64,000 nt of DNA from NCBI GenBank assembly GCA_965153355.1, contig OZ231126.1, forward strand, positions 5,084,001 to 5,148,000. The letters run 5' to 3'. The stretch's first letter is position 1. Each line of letters begins with the position of its first letter. A program made the translations under genes and the position numbers. Under the pieces are notes generated by a model, which saw only the letters and a list, made by a program, of their open reading frames with translations, ran no database searches and was not told the origin of the DNA. This stretch comes from Flaccisagitta enflata. Lineage: Eukaryota. Below are positions 1 to 49,201 of this stretch, piece after piece.

Positions 1-837
1 TGACAAGATTCTCTCCTAGTCTGTTTGCTTCTATTCTTGTTCCATATCGCTATTTTAAACCATTTTTTTTTCAGCATGTCTTTTTTTTTTCAGCATGTCT
101 TTTTCAGCATGTCTTTAAAAGGTTGTGTCTGTTGGTTGTTTAGTTGGTTGGTTGGTCAGTTGGAAATGCTTTCATTCTACTATCCGAATGGCGCCTATGA
201 TAGCCTACTTAGCCTTGTTTTCTTTTGTTGGAGATAATCCTTTCATGAGGCTTTCAAACAATGCAGGATACACGGCCAATTAGTAGTCACTTGCGTGTTG
301 GCAGGGGCAGTTATGAGGATTGACAGAAGCTGTACACGGTAGAGCAGGGGCTGTGATCTGGCAAGGCAGGGGCAGTGATGCATAGAAATTTCTAGACTAA
401 AAAGTGGAAGAAAACTACCATCTAATTACTAAATTGTTTCTCACAAAAAGGGAAAATGTTACAAGCGCATCATTCTTTCATTCATTCATTCATTCATTCA
501 TTCATTCATTCATTCATTCATTCATTCATTCATTCATTCATTCATTCATCAATTCATTCATTCATTCATACAACCTTTGTTTATACGCAAAGCATATATC
601 AGTAACATATGTAAACTGAGACAGAATGAGAACCAAAAACATGTTTTACAGTCTGCTGCATACTGTAGAAACAAAATGGAAATGGCATGACGGCAACGAC
701 ATTTAGCAGTGACGATGTCGAAACTTACAACAAGACATTTAAGGGAAACGAAACTTTTGATGACCAATTGGTTTTTAGCTAGTGTCGATGATCTCTACTA
801 CTGACTCACTAAGCTACCAAGGCGATATAACACTTAC

Positions 838-24012
<23,175 letters not shown>

Positions 24013-24094
24013 GTTGGGGGCTCTGTAGGTTGGCTGGTTGGCTGGCTAGTAGGTTGTTATGTTGGTTTTTTGGTGTGTTGATTCGTTGGTTGGG

Positions 24095-24228
<134 letters not shown>

Positions 24229-24257
24229 GGTGGTGGTGGTGGTGGTGGTGGTGGTAG

Positions 24258-24348
<91 letters not shown>

Positions 24349-26136
24349 GCTGTTGTTGTTGTTGTTGTTGTTGCTGTTGTTGTTGTTGTTGTTGTTGTTG
24401 TTCACAGGCCGAAGAATAAGTTATCGGTGGGACTGAAAGCAGTCAACAATCGCTCACTGAGACATATTGAGTTTTCGGATCAAAGCGAGTAAAACTAAAA
24501 GCGAGTATCTCGGAACAAGATGTCCTCACAGCCTCTCCGACTGGTGTTGATTTTTGCGGTAATACTGTTTGACGGATTGTCCGATGGGGGGAAAAACTTG
24601 TCTGAAGCGATTCTAGGAAATACTAAAAGTGAATAAGATCATATTTACTTATATAACCGGAATGCACTTTAAGTTTAATTGTAAACGTGGCTTAACGGAT
24701 GGCAAAACAGAAGGTCGGATGGAGGTTCAGATGGACGGATGGACAGACGAAGGTACATATGAAATTTACACGTGAAAAACTACATGAAGATCAGAAACAC
24801 GACCCTGGCCATCGCCGAATCCGCTCATCTTCCAACGTCTCCTAAGACCCTCATTCAAGAGTCGCTTAGAGATTGTGTAGCGCGCGTAAAACAGACATGT
24901 GAGCAATGTTACGAAGTATGATCTACTATTAGATCAGGAAGAATTATTCAAACTTAAGGCAGCTGAACAGTCAATGCTTGCGTTGCGTAACGATTAACAA
25001 AGACGCGGACCCAAATTCACTGATTCTGGTATTGATACCTATGGCATAGGCATGGCTTACACATGGCCAGGCCATAGCTACGTTTTGTTACGATTAATAA
25101 TGAGATTACAATTAAAGATTTCAACGTTTTCTCTTTTTTAAGCGTCGAATTTCTTTATTCTTCATTAAGCTTTTTTTACCTCTTGCATCGATTTTGAAGG
25201 AAAGAAAAAAAAAACATTATTTTTCCAAATCGGAAGTCGCGAGTAAGGAAATTGATGAAGAAAAAAATGAGGAAGAAGAAGAAGAAGAAGAAGAAGAAGA
25301 AGAAGAAGAAGAAGAAGAAGAAGAAGAAGAAGAAGAAGAAGAAGAAGAAGAAGAAGAAGAAGAAAGAAGAAGAGAAGAAGGAAGGATACACAAGCCAGTT
25401 ACCAGACGGGTGGGCAGGGGGCAGAAATGCGCGTTTTGCCGCGCGACTCAATCATTACGGACCGACGGACCGACGGACCGAAGGACCGACGGACCGACGG
25501 ACAAAGCCTCTTATAGAGTTGCGTGTCCACAACTAAAAAGAGGAAGAAGAAGAAGAAGAAGAAGAAGAAGAAGAAGAAGAAGAAGAAGAAGAAGAAGAAG
25601 AAGAAGAAGAAGAAGAAAAGATTAGGTAGAAGAAGAAGGAGAAAAATAAGAAGAAGACGAAGAAGAAGAAGAAGAAGAAGAAGAAGAAGAAGAAGAAGAA
25701 GAAGAAGAAGAAGAAGAAGAAGAAGAAGAAGAAGAAGAAGAAGAAAAAGAAGAAGAAGAAGAAGAAGCAGAAGAAGAAGCAGAAGAGGAAGGAGAAATAG
25801 AAAAAAAAGAAGAAGAAGAAATAGAAAAAAAAAAGAAGAAGAAGAAGAAGAAGAAGAAGAAGAAGAAGAAGAAGAAGAAGAAGAAGAAGAAGAAGAAGAA
25901 GCAAGAAGATGAAGAAGAAGAGCAAGAAGAACAAAATCAGAAGAAAAAATTGCCCGATGATTCTTTTAAATGACAAAAAAAGGAAGGACCACCAACGTCT
26001 TTGGGCTAAATATCTGATATGTAATGTTTATCTTTTTAAACACTCTCTCTCTATAGCTGTTGTTATTTACGTATCATGTTTTCATCTGATGTTGATATTG
26101 TTGTTGATTTGGTTGTGGTGGTTGTTGCTGATTTAG

Positions 26137-26196
<60 letters not shown>

Positions 26197-26278
26197 TTGT
26201 TGTTGTTGTTGTTGTTTTTGTTGTTGTTGTTTTTGTTCTTATTGTTGATGTTGTTGTTGTTGTTGTTGTTGTTGTTGC

Positions 26279-26351
<73 letters not shown>

Positions 26352-27259
26352 ATCGTCGTTTTTTTTCGTTTCTATGCTGCCTTATAAATTCCTTTTTCAA
26401 TGAACACGCCAATTCAAGTGTACATTTTCGCTTCTTTTTAACGCCCCCCTTCTCCTTATCATCCCCCCCCCCCAAAAAAAAAAGAAATGAAATCACAAAA
26501 AACTTCAATTTATCTTGAAAAATTCCGTTGTTACTTTGATAATGTCTTTTCTTTGACAAAAAAAAATTTTCGTTATCTGGGTCAGAATTTTTTCTCTAAC
26601 AAAATCTTCCTCCTCTCTCTCCCCCCCCCCTTTCCCCCTTTCCCCCTTCCTCCCCTTCCTTTCCTTCCTCGTACCCCCCCCCCTCCGTCCTTCCCCCAGC
26701 CTTTGAGACATGGAATGACTTGGTATCCGTGCTTATCATAAAAGGCAGCAGATTTTTCATTTCTTTCTGCTTTTTTTAAACCATTTTTTTTTTCTCTCTC
26801 CCTTTTTCTAATCTTTAATTCCTCAATTCATGATTTTTTTGTACTCATTTTTTTTGGAAAGGGGTATCTTCTCTTTTTCCCCCGTCTTCCCCATCATTGA
26901 CATCTTTTGACATGTAACCCTCTTGGGCCCCGATTAACCAGCCCCAAATCAAACCCCCACAATCAACAAACTTTTTTTTCCCACTGTTCCCCCATTTTTT
27001 TGCCTCTTTCTCTCACACTTTCGATTCTTGTGATTTTTTTTTCTCCTTTCTTTCTTTAGTTTTTTTTCTATCTATCAATTTTGCACTCTTTCTTTCTTTC
27101 TCTATTTCTCTAAATCTCTCTTTCTCTCCTTCTCTCTTTCTCTCTTTCTCTCTTTCTCTCTTTCTCTCTTTCTCTCGCTCTCTCTTTCTCTTTTTCTCTC
27201 TTTCTATCTTACCTAGCTACAGTCATTACTTTCATTCTTTCTTTTTTTTCTTTTTTCTC

Positions 27260-27294
<35 letters not shown>

Positions 27295-27412
27295 CTCCTT
27301 ATTTTTTTTCTCTTTCTCTCTTTCTTTCTTTTTCTTTTCCTTTCCTTCTTTCTTCAGTTTTGTAATTCTTTCTTTCTATCTTATTCTTACTTTCTTCTTG
27401 TCCTTGTATCAT

Positions 27413-27452
<40 letters not shown>

Positions 27453-27488
27453 TTTTTCTTTCTTTCTTTCTTTCTTTCTTTCTTTCGT

Positions 27489-27520
<32 letters not shown>

Positions 27521-27660
27521 TTTTTCTTTCTTTCCTTCTTTCTTTCTATCTTGTTCTACGTCAACAGAAACGCGTACTTTAAAGTACCATCTTTGATAAC
27601 ATATTGTTTATGTCCTGTTATAATTTATCGCCCATGATCTTTTTTTTTTTTTTTTGATTG

Positions 27661-27971
27661 TTTTTAGTTGCGGGCCCGCAACTCTATGGGAGGCTTAGTC
27701 CGTCCGTCCGTCCATCCGTCCGTCTGTCCGTCCGTCTGTCCGTCCGTCCGTCCGTCCGTCCGTCCGTTCGTCCGTCCCTCCGTCCGTCCGTCCGTCCGTC
27801 CATCCGTCCGTCCGTCCGTCCGTCCATCTGTCGGTAATGATCGAGTTGAAAAGTGGAAAAAAAAAGCGTTTTGGATACTTATTGTGTATGTTTGTGTGTG
27901 AGGGGTTGGATGGGGGTTGGACGCCCCAGCGCACCCGTCCGTAACGATATTGTGACGCCGCGTCACTTGTT
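27661..27971. mobile_element. DINE-1/HINE-like (non-autonomous Helentron-type) element, representative copy
   Basis: T-rich flank, terminal hairpin agttgcg..cgcaact, (GTCC)n microsatellite, subterminal repeat, and 3' stem-loop gtgac...gtcac followed by ttgtt. Related copies near 2680-2903, 25380-25539, 28060-28207, 32648-32790, 33441-33646, 35316-35512, 38771-38980, 45654-45830, 54914-55114, 58593-58832 and 61382-61562. Confidence 0.75.
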
Positions 27972-28243
27972 GTGTTAAAACGCGATTTTTGACTTGGTTA
28001 AAATGATTTACACTTGTTACTCTCTTTCTTTCTGTCTTCGTTTTTTCTTACTTTCTTTTTTAGTCGCGGACACGCGACTCTACGCCTTGCCGTGTCGGTC
28101 AGTTCGTCCGTCCGTCCGTCGGTCACATTTCTGAATTCCGAGCGGTTTTTGCGGTACTGCTCCTGCCGATTCGTCCGCGACTAGATTGCCGTGTATCCGG
28201 CCTTGTTTTTCTTTCTTTTTCTTTCTTTCCTAATTTTTTTCGT

Positions 28244-28327
<84 letters not shown>

Positions 28328-28460
28328 TTTTTCTTTCTTCCTTTCTTTATTTCTTTCTTTCTGGCTTTCTTTCTTTCTCTCTTTCTTTCTTTCCTTCTTT
28401 CTTTTTTTTCTTTCCTACTTTCTTCTTTCTCTTTCTTTTTTTTTCCCCTTCTCTTTTTCT

Positions 28461-28556
<96 letters not shown>

Positions 28557-28677
28557 TAATTCATGTTGTTTTTTTCCTCTTTTTTTCCTATTCATATACC
28601 CGTCGGTGGCCCCATGCCAGGGAGCCGGGGCTTCAATGGTTAATTTTTTGCAATTTTTTCACCACCATGAAAAGGAC

Positions 28678-28718
<41 letters not shown>

Positions 28719-28961
28719 AAAAGACACTGAGAAGAGTCAGGGTTAACATTTTTTATTTCTCTCCTCTTTTTTACCACTTTCTCTTGATTTTTCCATAGTG
28801 AGGGTAGAGATGAGGCTTTTGAAAAAAAAGTCTTTCATGGTGGGACCTTAAAAAAAAAATCTAAGGTTTTTTGGGATTTTGGCAAGAATTTGGGGATTTT
28901 TTTTTCTCTCTCTCTCTCTAGGTCCTCTTTATATTGATGCGATAGTGGAAAAAAAGGGTTT

Positions 28962-29034
<73 letters not shown>

Positions 29035-29520
29035 TCGATTTATTTTTTCATTGTGTCTCATCACAAGATGGTTGCTGGGAAAGTGATGACAGAGAGAAAA
29101 GTGCTTTCTTATATTTTTTGAGGTAATTCATTTAACCATTTTTTGGGGGCATTTTTAGTGGCTTTATCACAAAATTTTTCGCGTCTTCTTTGTGGGAATG
29201 AAAACCAAGTTTTAAAAAGAAAATTGAACAAAAATGAGGGAATGAAGCATAAGATTTGAGATAATTGATTTTTTTTTTCAATTATGTTTTTTAGATGATT
29301 ATTTTCGGGGGGGGGGGTGACAATGCTCGCTCTTTGGAATTTCTGTTGTAACTGTTGTTCATCCTACATGTACTCTTTTAATCGAACGTTTTATTCATTG
29401 GTTTGTTGAAAATCTCTTTGCAAGTTTATCAAAAGTGTATTAACGAGGTGACACTTGATCGCTCCATGACAAAATTGTCCGAGATTGATTCTTATATAGC
29501 AATGAAGGACTTTATTTCGC

Positions 29521-29820
29521 GATAGATGAACGACTGTATCGTCGCTGTGAATGATGCCATCAGGAAGATTTTCACTTTTAATAGGTGGGAGAGCGTCCGC
29601 ACATTGAGACAAGACCTTGGTTACCCTGCCTTAACTGAAATTTTTGCCATGGCTAGAAACAAATTTCAACAATCGTTTCCTCATCATCATAACTCCACTG
29701 TTTCTCGTCTGTGCCTCCTTACACAAACTGTGGAGTTATCTTGTTCCTTTTTTTGATACTTAATATGGGCACCCCCTTGATGCAATAATGTGGCCAAGGA
29801 CCAAAATTGTAACAATATTT
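29521..29820 (+). pseudogene. Possible 5'-truncated LINE 3'-end fragment
   Basis: VAVNDAIRKIFTFNRWESVRTLRQDLGYPALTEIF...HNSTV resembles the C-terminal tail of non-LTR retrotransposon ORF2; no RT catalytic motif is present. Confidence 0.35.
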
Positions 29821-30898
29821 TTTTTCCGTAATTATATTGCCGCTTGTATTTATTCTTTTTAGATGCGTCCTCGCATCTCTAAAAGAGGGTCTGTCCGTCC
29901 GTCGGTCCGTTGGTCCGTCCGTTGGTCCGTCCGTTGGTCCGTCCGTTTGTCTGTCCATTACGCAAGTGCTAAAACCGCGTTTCTTGGCTGTTTTTGGCCA
30001 CGGTGAGATCTTATACTAAAACGAATGATCAACCAACATGTTTTGAAAGCCTTCTTTACTACTTTTTTACTACTTTTTTTTTACTACTTAGTCTTCACCC
30101 GTCTGTTCGTCCATCTGTCGCTCCATATATGTCACATGATCAATACACGTAGAGACACAGCCCGGACGCATCGTTGCCCGGTCGGGCTTGTTTGTCACAT
30201 TGAACCCATTCATCGCTTTCGTTTTCATTTTTTTCTTCATGTATGTTTGTCTATGTTGTGTGAGCCTGTCGCTCTATTGCTGAGGAATTTAACAAACCTC
30301 ATAGCTCGGCCTCCGTGATCAGTGATTCAGTCTGTAGTACTCTGTATGCCCCAGAAATTTGCGAGATCTAGACAGCTCAAGCGCCTAGCGTCGCGAGTTC
30401 CGATTACGCTTCTCTTGCACTTATTTTGCAATTTATTCAATTCATAGTAAGATTTGTATTTTGACACGTCACATCAATCAAAACAAACTTGATCACTTTT
30501 AAACACGGAAAGTCGTCTTTTATCATCTGCGCTTCGTAGATGCTGTCTCTTTAATCTGGTATTCAATTTTAATTTACTGAAACAAAATTTTGGCCTTCTA
30601 AGTAAATGGTGATCTTAAACCCGCAATATGCAAATTAGTTGTTACTGCATACATTGCTACAATTGCTTCCCATCTCGCTAGTTTCGATTACGTGTTTTTT
30701 TTTCATAATTTACCACGATTGCAATGATTACCATGCATGATTGACATGATTTACCACTCTCTCAAATTCTTTTTTATTTTCTCCCAAGACAACCCACTCC
30801 CTTCAGCGCAGCGACTGCTCCAGAATCCCTTGATAGTCTGTAGATTTTATACATATTTTGACATGAGTCAAGTAACTTGGCCAGTGACCACCGGATAG

Positions 30899-31002
<104 letters not shown>

Positions 31003-31411
31003 GATAGAAGTCCGGGGAGCACGCGTAAATTGCGTATTTGATCCTGTCCTCTTGTCCTTTACATAACCAAAAGCTTCATGATAAAATTTGATAACCGCAT
31101 TTTTTCTAACAAGCGCCCGGGCGATTTTGAAATAAACAAGGCCGGATATATGGCTACCGCAGTCGCGTGCTGAGCGACAAGGGCAGTGATAAGAAAGGTT
31201 AACTCAAACATCTGGGCAGGAGCAGTATTGAAAAATCACCTGTAAGCACAAAAAAGGCAAACGGGGACGGACTGACACACCGACAGACCGACTAACTGAC
31301 ATAGCAGGTTATGGAGTCAAGTGCACGCAAATAGAAATCAGCTTTGTCATTTACCTCCCTCCCCATTTCAAAATGTTTTTAAGAGATTATCCTTCGGACC
31401 TATTTACATAG

Positions 31412-31868
31412 CAGGGGTGTATATTATTGAGTCGCTTTTGATTTCCCCCCCCCCCTGCCTTTGATTATCTTCCCCACGATGCGTTGCGTCGCGTTTTTAT
31501 ATCCATGATTTTCATCCCCATATAGCAATCAAACTATGTATTTAAGGTTTAGATAGTGTTAAATTGTGTTTTACTAATTGAGTTTTATGATTTAATAGAT
31601 ATATATGATATAATAATATAATATAAAAGTAAAGCTACCAAAGGAGACAACCTTTTTACGAGTTGCCCATCGAGATGATAGCATCGAGATGATAGCTTAG
31701 TACTGCTTAGTACTGCTTTGTACTGCTTAGTACTGCTAAAAGTTATATTTTCCCCAAATTTCCTCTTTTTCTCTTTTTTCCTCCTTTGAGTTCCTTCCCC
31801 ATCTCCAGACCCTTTGATTCCCCCCCCCCCACCGGGGAGGGGGGAAAACTCAAGAATATACAGGCCTG
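31412..31868. mobile_element. hAT-like MITE (same family as 6602-6924)
   Basis: cagggg...caggcctg ends with 8-bp flanks ttacatag/ctacatag. Confidence 0.75.
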
Positions 31869-32116
31869 CTACATAGAGATGCGACGACGCTTCAAAGGGA
31901 ATTTCAACCTATAAAATGGTATGTCCGTCAGTCCATCCGTCGGTCCGTCGGTCCGCCGGTATTTCCATTACAACCCGTGAATTCACGTGGATAACGCATC
32001 TAGTTTCCCGGGCGGAGTTGAATTTGACTCGTTCGGTTGACTCAGGTTGATTTTATTTGGGATGCCATAATTTCATTGATACATGCAAGATGAATGGCTG
32101 AAATTTATGTTATTAT

Positions 32117-32818
32117 CGGGTGTTCGAAAAAAACTGTAGCCGTAATCTAAACAGCTGAAAACGAAGGTTTTTATCTTTTATGTTCTATGCCCATTGTCTA
32201 AGTCTTTATAAAACAGTTTGCAGTAAAGATACATGGGCATAGAAAAGCAAGCATTTTGTCCTAAGCGCTGTTCAAAATTACTAAAAAAGTGATGTTTATT
32301 TTGATTTATTCAGATTCTTTTCATGATTTTATCAAAATCTTATTACCAAGTTGTCGAGTACCAAATATGTCATCCAGCAATACTCATCATTTATTCAAAC
32401 AAGGCCAACACCTATAAGTCGCGTGGGAGACCTATATTCAAAATCACTTAGAATGACTTAGAATGACTTAGAATGACTCGGTATACTCTTAAATGACCTA
32501 AAATGACATAAAGGAATAGAATTGATAATAAAAGTAAAAGTGTGACGGATGGACTGACAGACCAACCAACCAACATATGGACAGACTAAGCGGGGTGTAG
32601 AGTCGCGTGCACGCGGCTAGAAACTATTCTGGTGGCCATTCCTAAGTAACAAGGCCAGATACAGTCGCGGATGGTTGGGCAAGAGCAGTGATGCAAAAAA
32701 CCACTCAAAATTTAAAAAGGTTACGGGACCGACAGACCGACCTACCGACCGACACGGCAAAGAGTGGAGTCGCCTGTCCGCGACTAAAAACTACCTACAG
32801 TTTTGATTCGAGCACCCG
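32117..32818. mobile_element. TIR element containing two nested HINE-like insertions
   Basis: cgggtgttcgaaaaaaactgtag ... ctacagttttgattcgagcacccg; nested copies at about 32396-32622 and 32648-32790. Confidence 0.65.
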
Positions 32819-34219
32819 TTAGTCAGGTGAGATAAAACTGACCAGTCGTAACAAAACAGGGCCAGATAAACGACTGCTCCTGTCGCCTTTCGATGGGCAG
32901 GGGCAGCTATCAAGTAGGCCAAAGGAATACTCAATTTTACTGTAAGGCCCACAAGATTCCTTTTGTATTGGAGTTACTGCCCCTGCCCAAACGCACGCAG
33001 CTATTAAGATGGCCTTAGTTCATCGATGAGTCCATTGAACGTATGACAGACTAAGAATTGACAAATTATTGAGAAACGGACAAACGGACTGACCGTAAAA
33101 TTGGTCGATGTTAATAAAAACAAAATGTCCATCAATGTCATTGATCGTCACGCGACTGAAAATCAAAACCGGATGTACACGGTCGCCACAGTCGCGTTAG
33201 CGTGGGCAGGATCATCGATGGAAAGGGTAACTCAAGCATTGGAAATGGAACCATGAATTATATCAAATGAGCACAAAAGCGTTAGGATGGGCAGGGTGTT
33301 TCATGGAAGAGGTCATTTAGGCATCGGAGATAAGACCATCTGGTATATGAGTTTTTAATCGTGTTCAAAAACAGAAACACAGTTAAGAACAAAACATCAT
33401 TCAACTAAAACAATTGACAATCAAGGAGCTACAGTCGTGAGAACAAGTTACGCGGGGTCACATTATCGTTGCAGACGGGTGGGCAGGGGCATCCAACCCC
33501 CATCTATATCCCATGCCCCCACACATACACACAAACCATCGAAAACGCTCATTTTCACACTTTTCGACTCTTGTCCACAGACAGACCAACCAACCAACGG
33601 ACAGACGGACAAAGCCTCTTATAGAGTTGCGTGTCCGCGACTAAAAAGTAAGAGTGGCTTGTTCAAAATAGCGTCGTCTTTGTGTGAATGAATAACAGAC
33701 GGACGGATAAAGGGACGAACGGACGCGGACGGATAAATGGTCAGGCGAATCTGGGTATTAACTATAACTCCCGGGCACGCGATCAGATGTCATATCAGAA
33801 GTAAAATCGGCGATCAAAAACCATGACAGTTTTTATATGAAATGACGTCGTTGAAATTTAACCATTTTGTGATTCATTGTTAAGCTTTTATAAATTTTTT
33901 CTGGGTTTTCAAGGGTTTTGAAATTTTGTCCAGTTTCCACCCAAAAGCGGGAGATGATTAAGACGATGATGATGATCATACTGACGATGACGACGACGAC
34001 GAAGACGACGACTATGAGGAGGAGGAGGAGGTTGAGGAGGAGGAGGAGGAGGAGGAGGAGGAGGAGGAGGAGGAGGAGGAGGAGGCTGAGGAGGAGGAGG
34101 AGGAGGAGGAGAACAACGTCTTGGGTCGCTAAAACGGAGGAAAAAGTGTTATTGTCCGGCTTCAACCCATATTCACGGAGGAACCGAGTTCGCGGCATTC
34201 AGAGGCTTTCCCGAAATCT

Positions 34220-34293
<74 letters not shown>

Positions 34294-34612
34294 TGTCCTT
34301 GCCATCGTTTCCATCGTTGTAATTTTCGACGCCGTCGTTGTCGTGAATGGCCGTCGTATTTCAATCTGTTCGCATTGTTTTTGGTTTGTTTTTTTTGTTT
34401 GTTTGTTTTTTTTTTTTTTTTTTTTTTGTTTTTTTGTTTTGTTTTTTTCGTTTTTTTTTCTTTTTGTATCTTATTATTGTTGTTTTTTTTTTTTTGTTTT
34501 TTTTCTTTTGTTGTTTTTTGTTTGTTTGTTTTTTTTTGTTTTGTTTTTTTTTTTTTTTTGCTTCAAAACCAGGAATCATCTAAGTTTCAAGCTACATGAT
34601 CGTCTTCGTCAT

Positions 34613-34646
<34 letters not shown>

Positions 34647-35074
34647 GCCGCCGCCGTTGTCGTCGCCGTTGTCGTCGCCGTTGTCGTCGCCATTATCGTC
34701 GTAGTCATCGTCGTCGTCGTTGCCATCGTTTCCATCGTTTCCATCGTCGTAATTATCGTCGCCGTCGTCGTCCTGGTTGGCCGTCGTCATTCGATCTGAT
34801 CTCATTGTGTTTTTGCTTCAAAACCAGAAATCATCTAAGTCGTCGTCGTCGTCGTCGTGTGCATCGTTGTCGTCGTCGTGTGCATCGTTGTCGTCGTCGT
34901 CGTCGTCGTCGTTTGCATCGTCTTCGTCGTCGTCGTTGGCATCGTCGTCATCACCTCTTTCGTCATTTTCGTTATGTATTCCCCAACGATTGTTCGATTT
35001 TAGAACCCCCATCTGCTCCCAACCCCCGAACCTGGCCTCTTCTGGCTTTCCAGTCAGTGCAGTGTGTGCATATG

Positions 35075-35172
<98 letters not shown>

Positions 35173-36479
35173 AGTCTGTCTGTCTGTCTGTCTGTGTGCC
35201 TACTCTTCCCTCTTTACCACCAGAATCAGAGAGTGACAGTTGAGCTTCACTGAACTGGACTTAAAACCCAAGTTTTAAAAGATTATATCACTGCCATGGT
35301 TATTTTTTTTTCTTTTTAGTTGCGGACACGCAACTCTATAAGAGGCTTTGTCCGTCCGTGGGTTGGTTGGTCCGTGGACATGAGTCGAAAAGTGAGGAAA
35401 TGAGCGTTTTAGATGCTTTTTGTGCATGTGAGTGGGGGACTTGTGGTGTGGATTGGGGTTGGATGCCCCTGCCCACCCGTCCGCAACGATATTGTGACCC
35501 AGCGTCACTTGTTAATGCTTTAAAGGTAAGTATGCGTAAAAAGCGAGTGCGCACTAGAAAGGTACGGTTATATCCTGTATATATCCTTGTCCCGATGCGT
35601 CGTGTCCGCCCCCTGCAACTATCAACACAGGACCCGAGGGTATGCGTCTCCAAGGAAATTCTAAAACTTATCGTGACTGAAATCTGATTGTATTTAACCA
35701 AAGCTAGAATTTTCTGTGGCGTGCATCCGATTCTCCATGTAACCATATTCTCTGATTCTCTAAGGTCCTTTGTATAATAATACAAAGCAGGACCCCTGAT
35801 TTTGTCTGATATTTAGTACCGCATTTTACAACAAAATCGTTTCAAATTGACCATTTGAAAAGCGACAAAAAATTCCTTTTATTGTGATTGTGGCGGTTTC
35901 AGACCATTTTTCTCTTTTTATTTTTGACCTCTTTAGATTTTGCTCTTGTTATCTTTTCCTTTTGTTAGTCGCGTTAACTCCCCCCCCCCCCCCGCCGGTT
36001 CGTCGATCTGTCTTTTTAGACGCTTTGAGAACTTCCTTTGCTACTCTGTCTTTTCATCTGATCGTCCATCTTTCTCTCCAAAAAGTCCAAATATGTCATA
36101 TATTAAGCGTCAAATTTGATACAAGCAGAGACTTAATCCTGAGGCGTCGTTCCCCCATCGGGCTTTGTTCTCCTTCCTCTCCTCCCTCTTTCTTCTTTTT
36201 ATCTCATGCAAGATACTCAAAAGTGTCTCTCTGTCGGTCAATCGGTCCGTTGGTCACACTTTTGTTTTAGGCGTTCACGGCCCGTTCCTCCACACGCGAT
36301 CATTCTTTGACCTAATTCTTTTTTTCCCTTTTTTTCTTTTTTTCTCTTCTTTTCTTTTCTCTTCCTTTTCTCCTCAAGGCCGATGATTGAAACGAACTCA
36401 AACTTTGTAAACAAAATAGAATCTCAGCATCCCGATATTTAATTTTAACGAAAAAAATGTAAATAACTCAACCTTAAAA

Positions 36480-47961
<11,482 letters not shown>

Positions 47962-48556
47962 TTATATTATCTATCTATATCGGGCCTTCAGGGCTGTCCT
48001 AAGTTGAAAGCTGAGGCATTGCAAGCAAGAGTTTGTGAAAAAAAAGTTGTAATCAACATCAGATACAAACAAGCAAAGGATTTGAAGAGGAAAAATTACA
48101 AAAGTGACTTTGAGTAATTTCATAGATTGAATGATACCACATGATTGCTATGAAAACAGTGAATAGAAAAGGATGCAAATAATCAATAATGACATCGATA
48201 GATTTGAGTCAGCGTTATTCAATGAGATAAAGGAGGAATGAACAAGAGACAGTTTGATTTTGAAGAATATAGAAGGCAGTCCATGATACAGAGAAGATTC
48301 CAAATGGCAGCCGCATTAGACAATGATGGAATCCAGCCTTTATGAAAAAATAGACAAATCAGTTGTTAGCAGCTCCTTCTTTTGTAGTACTGTGTATCTA
48401 GATATCTTTATTCAAAATCAGTCCTTAATCAAGCTAACATACCTGATGAACTTGCAGTTTGCGGTTTGGAGGCACCAGTGTCATAATTTTGATCATTTAC
48501 ATTCCAAATACAAATCCATTATCCAAATGTTTAAACCTGCAGAGATCATTGTATAG

Positions 48557-49201
48557 TAGCTTGTACCTAAATGACTAAAAGCAATAAAATCAGAATTCTA
48601 CAAGTAGTTCTAGTTGTGGGGCTGTCTTGGGCTTCTAATGGCATCACTTTTGGTCTGAAAAATTTGCATCTTGCTGTCCGCGCCTTACCTTGAATTTTCC
48701 TTCAGCCTATGGGAAACCAAAAATTTCAAAGTGCTTAAATCTCTGTTTTGACTGCAGATTTGAAATCTGCAGAAAAAACTGTTAATTGAAAGTGCTTTCC
48801 TTTTTTCAATATTCCTTCGGGATCATAGTCAAAATTCATCTTAAAGATATAAAAAAAAGGTAAGTTTGGCGATTTTACATATAAATAAAAGAGAAAGGTA
48901 AGTTTTGCAAACTTTGACACTTATTTTGAGCACCTTCTAGTTGGAATATTGAAAAAAGGAAAGCACTTTCAATTAACAGTTTTTTCTGCAGATTTCAAAT
49001 CTGCAGTCAAAACAGAGATTTAAGCACTTTGAAATTTTTGGTTTCCCATAGGCTGAAGGAAAATTCAAGGTAAGGCGCGGACAGCAAGATGCAATTTTTT
49101 CAGACCAAAAGTGATGTCATTGGAAGCCCAAGACAGCCCCACAATAAGAACTACTTGTGGAGTTCTGATTTTATTGTTTATTGTCATTTCAGTACAAGCT
49201 A
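48557..49201. mobile_element. Foldback element with ~258-bp inverted arms, TAG...CTA ends and an 8-bp target duplication (hAT-like)
   Basis: Arms 48557-48814 and 48943-49201 are near-perfect reverse complements; ttgtatag lies on both flanks. Confidence 0.85.

Noticed and set aside
34200-34960. Duplicated block (gcttcaaaaccag..atcatctaag) among (TCG)n tracts
   Set aside because: Local low-complexity duplication with no coding, splice or terminal-repeat signal that I could support.
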